This document shows, piece by piece, positions 45,738-56,400 of a stretch of DNA of 64,000 nucleotides. Made by a program: the position numbers and the translations under genes. Every line of letters begins with the position of its first letter. Position 1 is the stretch's first letter. The notes under the pieces are model-generated. The model was given only the letters and a program-made list of their open reading frames with translations, did not search any database and was not told the origin of the DNA. This DNA comes from Candidatus Poseidoniaceae archaeon (GTDB taxonomy: Archaea; Thermoplasmatota; Poseidoniia; Poseidoniales; Poseidoniaceae), in the NCBI GenBank assembly GCA_949372655.1, contig CASIAI010000003.1, positions 138,425 to 202,424 of the forward strand, given 5' to 3'.

Positions 45738-46048
45738 CACCGGAGTGGGAGGTCCAAGGGTGGACGCTCGTTTCTCAAGGCCAAATCTATACACTTTCTC
45801 CATCCCGCTGCCCCACAGCACTCATAGCCCCGAGTAGGGTTGCTCCGTTCCCGGCCTGACCTGATTCCCCAGTTATTCAATTCCCGTTTCCCTCCGGAGA
45901 CGGTTCATGACACCCGAGTCATGTGGGGGCGAGACATCAACGTCCGCGCATAGAAACCTAGAGACCGCTTTCGCCGCCCCAAGGAGTTCGGTCCACCATA
46001 AAGACGATTTGTGATACAGGGTACGCCTGGCTCCCCACCTATCCCGTC
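45738..46048 (-). ncRNA. ffs: signal recognition particle RNA (7S/SRP RNA); ends approximate
   Basis: It is a GC-rich ORF-free island of about 310 nt in AT-rich DNA. The minus strand contains CAGGTCAGGCCGGGAACGGAGCAACC, which aligns with helix 8 of E. coli 4.5S RNA (CAGGUCAGGUCCGGAAGGAAGCAGCC) including the GGAA tetraloop. The termini GGTGGGGAG and CTCCCAC can pair. Confidence 0.8.
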
Positions 46049-46108
46049 AATCGGTCAATGCAGGTGTATTTGAACGGAACGGTTAATTGAACCATTGTAA
46101 AATCTAAA

Positions 46109-46486
46109 TTACTCTTCATATTTAGATGGACATGAAGTTTTGATTAAGTCTGCTTCAAGAAAATATTCACCATTCGAATATCGCAAAATACCTTGTGCAT
46201 ATACAGTTCTATTATCATCTAAACCATTAGATACAGAAGCATCTATGAATTCAACACTGATATTATAATTTGAACCATGAAGTAAAAAAGTCATAGAAGT
46301 ATTGTCTATACTACCATCTAATACTTCACCACGAAGAGATATTTCTTTATCGATGAATTTCTCTGGTGATTTCATTATTTCATCAACTGTACGAGTTGGT
46401 TCAGGTGCCTCGAGTAGAATAACTCCTACTAATCCAAGAGTGATAATACCTCCAATAATCAAAAGTCTATTCTTTCTAGAAATCAA
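46109..46486 (-). CDS. ccmE: cytochrome c maturation heme chaperone CcmE, CxxxY variant
   Basis: MISRKNRLLIIGGIITLGLVG corresponds to E. coli [21 protein letters not shown]. It has an OB-fold body, and the C-terminal LIKTSCPSKYEE aligns to LAKHDENYTPPE with Cys replacing the heme-binding His. Confidence 0.75.
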   Translation of the reverse strand: MISRKNRLLIIGGIITLGLVGVILLEAPEPTRTVDEIMKSPEKFIDKEISLRGEVLDGSIDNTSMTFLLHGSNYNISVEFIDASVSNGLDDNRTVYAQGILRYSNGEYFLEADLIKTSCPSKYEE

Positions 46487-47619
46487 TCTAAAGCCTCCTT
46501 CTTATGTGATAGTCCGACCGCCTCTTCTAATGAAGATAGACCATGTTGATTCAGTTTTTTGACCAGTCCATGAACAATAGATTTAGTTAGGCCTGCGCCC
46601 TCGAAAACAAAGCCGCTATATGCTTGAATTAGTGTGGCTCCGGCTGTTATTTTCTCCCATGCATCATCAGCATTCATTATTCCGCCAACTCCAATTATCG
46701 GCCATTCACCCTTAGAAATTTGGTAAATCTTCTTGATAAATTCTGTTGAAAGGTGATTGAGAGGTTCACCACTCAGCCCTCCAGTTTCTGCGAAAGCCTT
46801 CATGTCTGAATTAGAATTGGGCTCAGGTCTTGAAGTAGTAGTATTGGTAGCTACAATGCCATCACATCCATTTGCCATTGCAGTATTTACTACTAACTTA
46901 AGTTGGACATCATCTAATTCAGGTGCAATTTTAACTAAGATAGGTTTCTTATTACACAGATGTTGAGATGCCAATTTTTCATTCGCCTCTTGGCATGCAT
47001 TAATGATTTTTGCTAGTTCTTCATCATTTTGTAATTCTCTTAAGTTTGGTGTATTTGGAGATGACACATTGATGACAAATACATCTCCATAGACCCATAA
47101 GCGCTCAAATGTAGTAGAATAATCACTTGCTGACTGTTCTAATGGTGTCAATTTTGATTTACCTAAATTTATCCATAGGGGTACATTTGGGCGACCATGT
47201 TTATCGAAGTGCCTTTTTAATTGCAATGCTGTCTTTTCTGAACCGGGATTATTGAAACCCATTCTATTAACTAGTGATTTAGAGGTATTCGATCTAAACA
47301 TTCGAGGTTTCTGATTACCTTCTTGCTCTAGTTCAGTAATTCCACCAATTTCTATAAAACCAAGTCCTAAAGTTTCCCAACCCCTAATTGCTTCTGCTTT
47401 CTTATCCATCCCAGCAGCAAGACCAAATGGATGTTTGTAATCAGCGCCCAAGAACTTGACCGGAATTGTCTTTTTTGGATTATATAAAAGTCTCATTGGA
47501 ACTCTAGTTAGAGGGTTAGAGGAAAAGAATTTAAGTAAATTAATCGCACGTAAATGGGCTTTTTCAGAATCCTGAAGCGCCAAGAACGGACGCCCAAAGA
47601 GCCTAAATGCTAGTCCCAT
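46483..47619 (-). CDS. pyrD: dihydroorotate dehydrogenase (quinone), class 2
   Basis: It has FGLAAGMDKKAEA, GFIEIGGIT, NRMGFNNPG, INLGKSK, NVSSPNTPNLR and GVGGI. Confidence 0.9.
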   Translation of the reverse strand: MGLAFRLFGRPFLALQDSEKAHLRAINLLKFFSSNPLTRVPMRLLYNPKKTIPVKFLGADYKHPFGLAAGMDKKAEAIRGWETLGLGFIEIGGITELEQEGNQKPRMFRSNTSKSLVNRMGFNNPGSEKTALQLKRHFDKHGRPNVPLWINLGKSKLTPLEQSASDYSTTFERLWVYGDVFVINVSSPNTPNLRELQNDEELAKIINACQEANEKLASQHLCNKKPILVKIAPELDDVQLKLVVNTAMANGCDGIVATNTTTSRPEPNSNSDMKAFAETGGLSGEPLNHLSTEFIKKIYQISKGEWPIIGVGGIMNADDAWEKITAGATLIQAYSGFVFEGAGLTKSIVHGLVKKLNQHGLSSLEEAVGLSHKKEALD

Positions 47620-47639
47620 GATTTACTCACAACAACGGT

Positions 47640-48122
47640 ATGCTTCAAGACTTGCGCTTGCATGGCCGTTACATGCGCATGGATAACGACCTTTGGCCAG
47701 TTGTCCGAGAATCAGCGCGGAGAATCTTGAGATTAGAACATATTTTGATTAAATTACCCCATGAATTAAGTTCTGACTATAAATTTCTATGTGATGAAAT
47801 ATCAAACAATATTCCATCGAGACTAATTTTTCCTGAAGTACAATATGGTGACTATGAGAAAATTGAAGTAAAACTTACAAAGCCGGAATTAGATTATGAT
47901 GAGATTCTAATCGAGATAGGCCTGGAAGAACCTGATCAAAATATATGTTGGATAGAATCAGATTTGTATCAAGGTTGGAAATGGTTACTCGAATCATGCA
48001 GCGACTTACTTTCTGCAGGTTATCCCGGATGTATTGGCTGTGGTGGACCAAATTCTGAGGAACCTTGGGATGAGATTAGTAACCGCTCAAAAAGAAGATA
48101 TAGCCAAGAAAAAAAGATTTAA
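47640..48122 (+). CDS. hypothetical protein
   Basis: This is an ORF only, with a GCIGCGG motif near the C-terminus. The start is uncertain. Confidence 0.3.
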   Translation: MLQDLRLHGRYMRMDNDLWPVVRESARRILRLEHILIKLPHELSSDYKFLCDEISNNIPSRLIFPEVQYGDYEKIEVKLTKPELDYDEILIEIGLEEPDQNICWIESDLYQGWKWLLESCSDLLSAGYPGCIGCGGPNSEEPWDEISNRSKRRYSQEKKI

Positions 48123-48214
48123 TAATTCCACTCTCTTATCTACAGATACTAAAGTATCTGCAAAAATTACAACTCGAGAGAGGGTTCAAGTACGCTCGAC
48201 TATCGGGGTAAATT

Positions 48215-50962
48215 ATGGCAATTGTTGTGATAGCGGAGAAACCTAGTGTCGCAAATGATATTGCCAATGTCCTAGGAATTAGTAAAAAAACCGATACACA
48301 CTGGGATAGTGAAGAAGTAAAAGTAACGTGGGCAGTAGGTCATTTATTGCAACTGAAATATATGGATGACTATGATGCTGATTTCAAAGATTGGAGAAAA
48401 ACTGTTACTCGACTTCCGTTTATTCCTGAAGAGTTTCAGTACAAGCCAATAAATGGTAGAAATAAAAAACAATTACAAGCGATTGTTAAACTGATAAAAG
48501 ATAAATCTACTACTGAAGTCGTTAATGCATGTGATGCTGCAAGAGAAGGTGAATTGATTTTTAGAACTATTATGAAACATAGTAAGTCGAAGAATACGAC
48601 ATCTAGAATGTGGTTACAATCGATGACCAAGGACTCCATACAAAGTGCATGGGATGAACGTCAGCCTGGAGAAAATTATTCATCTTTAATGGATGCTGCA
48701 TATTCTCGCTCAGAATCAGATTGGGTAATTGGTATGAATGGCTCAAGAATAGCAAATTCCTTCCTTCCTAAGAAAAGAAATGAGAAAACTGCAATATCTC
48801 TAGGCAGAGTTCAAACGGCAACATTAGCAATGATTGTTGACCATGAAATTACGATTCTATCACACATTCACGTACCTTATTGGCAACTAAATGCAACGTT
48901 CAATTCAGGAGATTGTAACTGGGAAGCTAGATGGGAACGTAACGGCCACAAGGATGATGAAGAAAGACCTGAATTCAAATCTCATCGAATTATTGAAGAA
49001 GATGAATTCAATAGACTCAATAAATTACTCAATTCCAATAAAGATGCTAAAATTTCTCAAACAGACCGTGATCATAAAGAAAAGCCACCACTAAATTTCG
49101 ACTTGACTAGCCTACAACGCTCTGCAAATAACATGTGGTCATGGTCCGCAAGAAGAACCTTGCGAACTGCCCAAGATTTGTATGATAAATTCAAATTAAC
49201 TACCTATCCTAGAACTGATTCCAAATATATTCCAGAAAATATGGATAAAGAAGTTGACAAGATCATTCGACAAATCGGGGCTCAAGATGACTTCAACCAA
49301 TTCAGTCAACACTTGACTAAAAAAGGATTAACAAATGTAAAGAGGAATTTCAATGATGCAAAAGTTAGTGATCACTATGCAATAATTCCAACAGGTAAAA
49401 TACCAGACATGCAAATGTCAGATGACCACAAAAAATTATATGATTTAATTGTAAGGAATTTCCTTTCTTCATGGTATCCCGAAGCTGTTTGGAATGTCTC
49501 TAAGCGAGAAGCTAAAATAGAAACTGAATCATTCTTTAAGGAAGTAAGGACAATCAAGGTCCCAGGATGGAGAGATGTTCAACCTAAGAAATCTGATGCA
49601 CCTGATGGGTGGGGGAATTTGTCTAGCAACCCATGCGACGGAACTGTGACTAATTACGAATTCAAGGAAGAAAAATCCAAACCTAAAGGTCGTTTGAAAG
49701 AAGCTGGTTTACTAAGGCTTATGGAACATGCAGGACGTAAATTGGAAAGCGAAGAAATGGCTGAGGCTATGAAAGAGAAAGGTCTAGGTACGCCTGCTAC
49801 AAGGGCTGAAACAATCGAAAAGTTGATTGAAAGAGACTATATTCGACGTGCAAAAGCTGGAACTATTTCTGCTACACCTCATGGAATTAGAATTATCGAT
49901 ATCTTAAGAAGAATACCTGTGGAATGGATTACGTCAGCAGAACTGACTGGAGAGATGGAGGCATCTCTAATCGAAGTTCAAAAAGGTAATACTACCAAAA
50001 AGGAGTTTATGGATAATATTATTGATAAAACCACTTCTCTTGTAGAAAAAATACGTGACCATGATAGATCGTTACTATATCAGGATGAACCACCTATTGG
50101 GGCATGCCCTAAATGCAAGTCTGATGTTAATGAAACTGTATTGTCTTATATTTGCTCAGATAATCAAGGACGAGATGAAGGATGTTCATTTGTTTTCTGG
50201 AAAGATACCAGTGGAAGATGGTTTGACCGTATTACTGCGTCAAGGCTCATGGAAAATAATGAAATTGACGAGTTGCATGGTTTCTTTGGAAGAAATGGGG
50301 AGCCATATCTTAACTCAATATCAATCTCTGATGATGGAAAGGTTTCTTCCAAGAACGGAGGGGAATCAAAATCTAAAGATAGTGATGAACAGTTATGTGG
50401 TTGCCCTGTATGTACCCATGGAACAATAAGAATAAACTCTACAATGTATGCTTGCGATAGTGAAGAATGTAGTTTTAGAGGATTATCTCACCAAATGTGT
50501 AAAAGAGATATTACAAAAGAGGAAGCAAAGGAAATCTTGACCAATGGTAAATCAGCACTATTGGACGATTTCACTTCAAAGAAAGGAAGGCCTTTCAAAG
50601 CATTCTTGGTATTAGATAATAATCGAGTTAAATTTGAATTCCCACCCAGAGAAGCTTCATCTGATGCACGTAAATTTGATGTTGTGCCAGGAGTAGTTGC
50701 AATATGTCCAAAGACTAAAGTCGAAATTATTGAAACAGAATCTTTCTATCAACCTGCAACGGTCGGTACAGAATGTTCAATACAAATCTCAAGAGAAATC
50801 TCAAAGAGAGTAATAACTAGAGAAGAAGCAAAGTTGTTGGTAGAAAAAGGGGAATTAGGACCATTCGATGATTTCGTTGCTAAAAAGTCAGGAAATAATT
50901 TTGCTGCATCTCTATATCTCAAGAAAAATCAATCCGTAGGATATAAATTCGCTAAAAAATAA
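48215..50962 (+). CDS. topB: type IA DNA topoisomerase (Topo III-like) with C-terminal zinc ribbons and two Topo-C repeats
   Basis: It has the Toprim region MAIVVIAEKPSVANDIA, DAAREGELIF and the active-site YPRTDS. Zinc ribbons are CPKCKS...CSF and CPVCTHG...CDSEECSF. The repeats are KKGRPFKAFLVLDNNRVKFEF and KKSGNNFAASLYLKKNQSVGYKF. Confidence 0.9.
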   Translation: MAIVVIAEKPSVANDIANVLGISKKTDTHWDSEEVKVTWAVGHLLQLKYMDDYDADFKDWRKTVTRLPFIPEEFQYKPINGRNKKQLQAIVKLIKDKSTTEVVNACDAAREGELIFRTIMKHSKSKNTTSRMWLQSMTKDSIQSAWDERQPGENYSSLMDAAYSRSESDWVIGMNGSRIANSFLPKKRNEKTAISLGRVQTATLAMIVDHEITILSHIHVPYWQLNATFNSGDCNWEARWERNGHKDDEERPEFKSHRIIEEDEFNRLNKLLNSNKDAKISQTDRDHKEKPPLNFDLTSLQRSANNMWSWSARRTLRTAQDLYDKFKLTTYPRTDSKYIPENMDKEVDKIIRQIGAQDDFNQFSQHLTKKGLTNVKRNFNDAKVSDHYAIIPTGKIPDMQMSDDHKKLYDLIVRNFLSSWYPEAVWNVSKREAKIETESFFKEVRTIKVPGWRDVQPKKSDAPDGWGNLSSNPCDGTVTNYEFKEEKSKPKGRLKEAGLLRLMEHAGRKLESEEMAEAMKEKGLGTPATRAETIEKLIERDYIRRAKAGTISATPHGIRIIDILRRIPVEWITSAELTGEMEASLIEVQKGNTTKKEFMDNIIDKTTSLVEKIRDHDRSLLYQDEPPIGACPKCKSDVNETVLSYICSDNQGRDEGCSFVFWKDTSGRWFDRITASRLMENNEIDELHGFFGRNGEPYLNSISISDDGKVSSKNGGESKSKDSDEQLCGCPVCTHGTIRINSTMYACDSEECSFRGLSHQMCKRDITKEEAKEILTNGKSALLDDFTSKKGRPFKAFLVLDNNRVKFEFPPREASSDARKFDVVPGVVAICPKTKVEIIETESFYQPATVGTECSIQISREISKRVITREEAKLLVEKGELGPFDDFVAKKSGNNFAASLYLKKNQSVGYKFAKK

Positions 50963-50963
50963 T

Positions 50964-50983
50964 CACCTAAATTAGGTGTTTTT
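50964..50983 (+). terminator. hairpin plus T5 run after the topoisomerase gene
   Basis: The inverted repeat CACCTAA-A-TTAGGTG is followed immediately by TTTTT. It starts 2 nt after the stop codon. Confidence 0.4.
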
Positions 50984-51032
50984 GGCAAAATCCAAGGCGA
51001 AGGTTGATGTTCATGTGCGTTACGTTTAGTTC

Positions 51033-52247
51033 ATGGGACTTCAACACTGGGATGTTGTAATTGTCGGAGCAGGACCTGCCGGAGGTCGTGTAGCAACTCA
51101 TTTTTCTGAGCGAGGGCACAGTGTTTTGATGCTTGAAGAACATGAAGAAATAGGTCGTCCATTCCAATGTGCAGGCCTTGTGACTCCAAACGCTATGAAA
51201 GAAGTTGGATTATTCCATTCGGTTTTAGAAGAAGTGGATGGAGCACTCATTCATGGTCCAAGTGGTACATTAGTACCTGTTGGAACCGATGGAAAAGTCC
51301 GAACATATGTAGTATGTAGGAAAATCTTTGACCAAGGAGTAGTCAAGCAAGCACTTGGAGCAGGTGCTAATCTTTGGCTTGACTGTCAACCGATAAATTC
51401 AGAAGTTCAAGAAGACAAAGTAGTTCTGGAAGTTAAGAAAGGTAATGAAGTTCACAATATTAGTGCGTCTCTGTTAATCGGTTGTGATGGAGCTCATAGT
51501 TGGACTCGAAGACAGTTTAAGATGGGGCGACCAAAAGAGTTGATGATAGGGTTCCAAGCAGAAGTGGTAGGTTATGAGAGTCGTGAACGATGGTTAGAAA
51601 TGTTTAGTGGTTCAGAGATTGCTCCTGGATTTTTTGCTTGGGTGATTCCTTCTGGTAATGAAACACATAGAATCGGACTGTGGTCAACTGCAGATAGACT
51701 GAAGGGCAGAAGTATTGAACAATGTTATGATAATTTACTAGAGCACCCATTATGGAAAGAACGATTTAGTGATGTAACTGAGACCGCAAGATACTGTGGT
51801 CCAGTTCCTAGTGGCATGGTGAAAACTCCATATAAAGACCGTGTTATCTTGATAGGTGATGCTGCAGGAATGGCTAAACCAACTACTGGCGGCGGTATTG
51901 GACCAGCTTTTGAACAAATATCTGGAATAATTGAAGAATTATCAAAAGCAGTAAATCAGAATAAACTAGATAAGAAAAGTCTACATAAAATTTGCAATCG
52001 TCATTTTTCTAAAATGCGTAAGGAACAAAACCGTGCTAGAGCTCTTCGTAATCTTCTCGTTAGTGATTGTTCGGATAAAGAACTTGACAAAAACTTCAAT
52101 TCATTCGCAAAACCTGAAATTGTTCAATTAATCAATGAAGTAGGGGATATCGAAAAGCCCGTACCATTGGGGATGGCATTATTGAAGAAAGTACCGGCTT
52201 TTAGAAAGTTAGCGTTGAAAGCAGGTGCGAAATTAATTTTTACATAG
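51033..52247 (+). CDS. geranylgeranyl reductase family FAD-dependent oxidoreductase
   Basis: It has DVVIVGAGPAGGRVA, LIGCDGAHS and LIGDAAGMAKPTTGGGI. Confidence 0.8.
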   Translation: MGLQHWDVVIVGAGPAGGRVATHFSERGHSVLMLEEHEEIGRPFQCAGLVTPNAMKEVGLFHSVLEEVDGALIHGPSGTLVPVGTDGKVRTYVVCRKIFDQGVVKQALGAGANLWLDCQPINSEVQEDKVVLEVKKGNEVHNISASLLIGCDGAHSWTRRQFKMGRPKELMIGFQAEVVGYESRERWLEMFSGSEIAPGFFAWVIPSGNETHRIGLWSTADRLKGRSIEQCYDNLLEHPLWKERFSDVTETARYCGPVPSGMVKTPYKDRVILIGDAAGMAKPTTGGGIGPAFEQISGIIEELSKAVNQNKLDKKSLHKICNRHFSKMRKEQNRARALRNLLVSDCSDKELDKNFNSFAKPEIVQLINEVGDIEKPVPLGMALLKKVPAFRKLALKAGAKLIFT

Positions 52248-52264
52248 GTGATTTTATTCCCAAA

Positions 52265-53410
52265 TTGATAGTCGAAGAGAGGATTAGATATCCACCATTT
52301 GAATCATATAGATTTAAGCCAAAACTCTTACCTATTGCCTCTAATAAGAATACCTTGTTCGATAATATTAGTAAGTTAGAGGCTATTGAACATCTTAAAT
52401 CTCTCAACGCTCCGTTTATGGTTGGAAATGAAGAATCGTGGCTAGTTGAAAAGCGATATATTTACGACGGGGATATAATTGAATCAAAGATAGATTATGA
52501 GAAAGAAGTCAAAGATCCGATAACTGATAATTCTATTATTGATAAACAACGCACTGGTTGGTATTTAACACCCAACCCAATACATGCTGCTGTCAGAAAG
52601 TTTCTTAATTGGGCAGTAATTATTTTGCTCATCGCATTGGGTTATTTATTTTTACAACCAATTCTAGAAATCTTTGGACTCGGTGGATTTGCAACTGGTA
52701 GAGTTAGATTCGGTTTACTAGACTACCCAGTATTAGCAGTATTTGTCATGCCACTACTGTTTGCTCCAATTATTCTAAGAGTTGTTGCCAACTTATCGGA
52801 TTTAGTAAAGCAAAGAACTTTCTTACTGGATTCTCCAAAAAGTCCAGAAATAAAAATTAGTTCTAGTCCTACCGCCAATCAAGACTTGAACGTAGAAATT
52901 ATATTTCCTAAACGTGGTAAAACATGGAAAGAAATTGAAGTTCTTTGGCGTGTAGGTGTACTCCCGCCTAGTAGAGAATCGTTAATGACAGCATTTGGAA
53001 AGAAAACTAACCAACAACCACCACCGGGTTTGACAACTGAATTACCTCACCATTGGCACGTTAATCTGGATGATGGAACTGGTGGAGGGGAAGAATCACC
53101 TATGGAGTCTAATGATGTAAAGGGAGGTCTATTCATTAGACCAATGCGGATAATGGAGCAGTCCGAAAAGATTGAACTTACTGGTGATAAGGTCACATTA
53201 AAGCCTCCTCAAGGCTTCTGGCCGGGTACTGTATTCACACCATTAATTAGAGTCCACTGGGAACTAGTAATTGTAATCAAAAGAGAGAATGGTCGTTCAC
53301 TCATGTGGGTCGAACCTCTTAGTGTAAGACATTCAAAATCCAAGAGTATTGTTGAAGCAACTGTGAACTCTGGAAGAACAGAAACTAATCATCCATCATC
53401 AATACATTGA
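52265..53410 (+). CDS. hypothetical membrane protein (two central TM helices)
   Basis: This is an ORF with a TTG start and the TM segments FLNWAVIILLIALGYLFLQPILEIF and YPVLAVFVMPLLFAPIIL. It ends 1 nt before the next gene. I recognise no family. Confidence 0.4.
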   Translation: MIVEERIRYPPFESYRFKPKLLPIASNKNTLFDNISKLEAIEHLKSLNAPFMVGNEESWLVEKRYIYDGDIIESKIDYEKEVKDPITDNSIIDKQRTGWYLTPNPIHAAVRKFLNWAVIILLIALGYLFLQPILEIFGLGGFATGRVRFGLLDYPVLAVFVMPLLFAPIILRVVANLSDLVKQRTFLLDSPKSPEIKISSSPTANQDLNVEIIFPKRGKTWKEIEVLWRVGVLPPSRESLMTAFGKKTNQQPPPGLTTELPHHWHVNLDDGTGGGEESPMESNDVKGGLFIRPMRIMEQSEKIELTGDKVTLKPPQGFWPGTVFTPLIRVHWELVIVIKRENGRSLMWVEPLSVRHSKSKSIVEATVNSGRTETNHPSSIH

Positions 53411-53411
53411 T

Positions 53412-56400
53412 TTGATTCAAAATATTGCACAAACCATGGACATGACAAAACTTACTGCTGTGTTGCTAATTTTAGTGATGATATTAGCAGGTTGCACAAG
53501 TCCTGATAACGATGATTCTGATGAAGAAATCAATGTACAACCTACTTTGCTCATCAATGCAATTTGGGTTGAATCCTTAGATGTTTCAAATATCGATGAA
53601 GTTTTTGATATTTCCATCAAAGTTGAATCTAGTATTCCAGGTTCTTGGATTGGTATACCATCAGTTACTGACCCTAATGGTAATCAAGTAGATGACTATT
53701 CATGGTCTAGTGGTCTCGACTCTGGTAGCCTTTACTTTCAACCTGAACTAATTGGTAATTACACGATCAGAATTAATTTCGAATCAAATGTTGCTGAACA
53801 AAAATATATTGTTGAAGGCGGTAATTTATCACATGTAGTTGAAATTATTCCACCTATTGAGTACCCCCCAATTATTGTCATACCAACTGCGATGATAGTT
53901 GAGAATCCAGAAATGATATTATTACAGGGCTCGATAAAGCACTCTTCGATTGAAAGTTGTGCTATGAATTTCAACTATGAGGGCTATCTAATGTTCCCAA
54001 TATCACTGCAGTCTAATGGCCTATGGAGTACAATAATCGATTCCTCTAACTCTCAGCAAGAGTATATCGAGATTATAGCTAGTTGTGGAATTTGGTCTAC
54101 AATGACAAGTTCTCAAAATATTTCACTTATTTTCATAGTTTCAGAAATAGATTCTGATGAAGATGGGGTAAATGATGACCTTGATGCATGTAATGATGGT
54201 TCAGAAAACTCATGGAGTTCTAATTCAAACACAGATTATGACTCTGACGGATGTAGAGATATCACAGAGGATAATGATGACGATAATGATGGGATTACAG
54301 ACTATAATGATGGATGTTTTTCAGTTGTAGGGTGGATTAGTGAATCATCTTCTGATTATGATACTGATGGATGCCATGACTTCGATGAAGACATTGATGA
54401 TGATGGTGATAGAGTAGATGATTCAATAGATTCATGCCCATTAGGTCACCTAGGGTGGGTTTCTACTCGAAATAATGACTGGGATAGTGATGGATGTAAT
54501 GATTTTGTTGAGGATTTGAATGATGACCAAGATGATTATAATGATCTAGAAGATTCATGCCCATTGGGGGAACAAATGTGGAGTGCTGATTCAAATAATG
54601 ATTTTGACCAAGATGGTTGTCATGATGTATTCGAGGATGATGATGATGACAATGATGGAGTTAATGATTTCAATTCGACTGGATATACTCTAGACCAATG
54701 TCCCCAAACACCGTTAGAATCTTTTGATGTTGACCAGTATGGTTGTGCTGCATTTGAAAGAGATTCTGATATTGATGGAGTTAATGATTTATTAGACCAA
54801 TGTGAAGGAACTCCATCTGGTCTAGTGGTTAATGAAATAGGCTGTGCGGATCTTGATGATGATGGAATATTCGCAAATGTCGACCAATGTCCATCAACTC
54901 CAGAAAGGTGGACTGTTGATAATAACGGGTGCACTGTAATTCAGTTACCTGTACCTTGGACTGATTCAGTTAGTCTTAATGGACCGATGCAAGTAGTACC
55001 CGATTTTACGATTCCAACTCTCGGTTCAACATTCTACTTTGACGAGGTATGGAATGGTGAAGATGTTTATTTATTTTTATTCAAATATACAAGTTCCACA
55101 GGTAGTTCAAATACCAATGTGTGGGGGCAAAATCCCGGCACATTGATTAGAAACCTCCCCGATAATACGCATTTGTTTTATGGTTCCTTTGATACTGGTT
55201 ATCACAGTGATGTTATCGACCGAAAAACAGCGGTAGAGAATTCATTAAATCCATCTGAAGAGAGTAAATGGAGCGAACGAATCCACTACATAGACCAACG
55301 TGCATCTAGTATTTCGGGTGGACTTGGAGATATGATCAGTTCTATCAATAACCCCCTGTACATGGGAATCGATAGATTCCAAATGGCTCGAGAGACTGGA
55401 GCCTTAACCTCTTATCCTTCTGGTTCAACCGACCCATTACATTTAGCATTTGAACCAGAACAATGGAATGCTGAATTCCCTGTTGAAATTAGACTCCAAG
55501 ACCCAGGGATAGAAATTATTACAATGATGGATTTTGAGTATCATCAAGGTGGATGGGGTGGAGGATATTCATCGAAACGAAATATGACTTTCCCGGGAAA
55601 TTTATCCTCATACAATACATTGGAAATATATCATGAGCATGCATGTGATGAAAGAAGTAATCGTTATGGCAAATCTGATGGAAGCGAAGGAGGTTGTCAT
55701 GAATGGGATTATGAAGCAAATTTGTATATTTGTGACCCTGTCGATGTTAATAGCTGTGGAACTGAATATGTTAGATGGATAACCACCTATGGGAGAGAGG
55801 GTCGTTGGCTAACAGACCTATCGCCATATCTATTCATGCTTGAAGATAATGATTTTAGACAATTTCGCTATGGTGGAGCAAATAGAGGTAGTTTGACTAT
55901 TTCTTTCCTACTAAGCAACTGGGGTGATGAAGATATTGCCCAAAATGGTGAATTTGCATTCTCAGGTGGTCAGTTTGATGGCACATACAACGATGAGTCA
56001 AAGTATTCAAGACAATTCAATTTCACTGTACCGGCAGGAACATCACGTGTGGAAATTGTTTCCACAATAACTGGGCATGGATTTGGACAGGATAATCAAA
56101 ACTGTGCTGAATTTTGTAATCATGAACACCATTACTCAATGAATGGTTACTCTACAGCTGAATTACATCCAATAGCCAATTCTAATGATGGATGTAAACA
56201 ATTAGTTGGAGAAGGTGTAGTTGCTAATCAATATGGCTCTTGGCCATATGGAAGAGCGGGATGGTGTCCGGGACAGGACGTAAAACAATGGAGGTATGAT
56301 ATCACGTCATGGTCAGATATGACAGGATCCTCATTGAATAATTTACAATATCAAGGATTGTTTAACGGACAAGAGTACTCTCCATCGGATGGAGTTGGAA

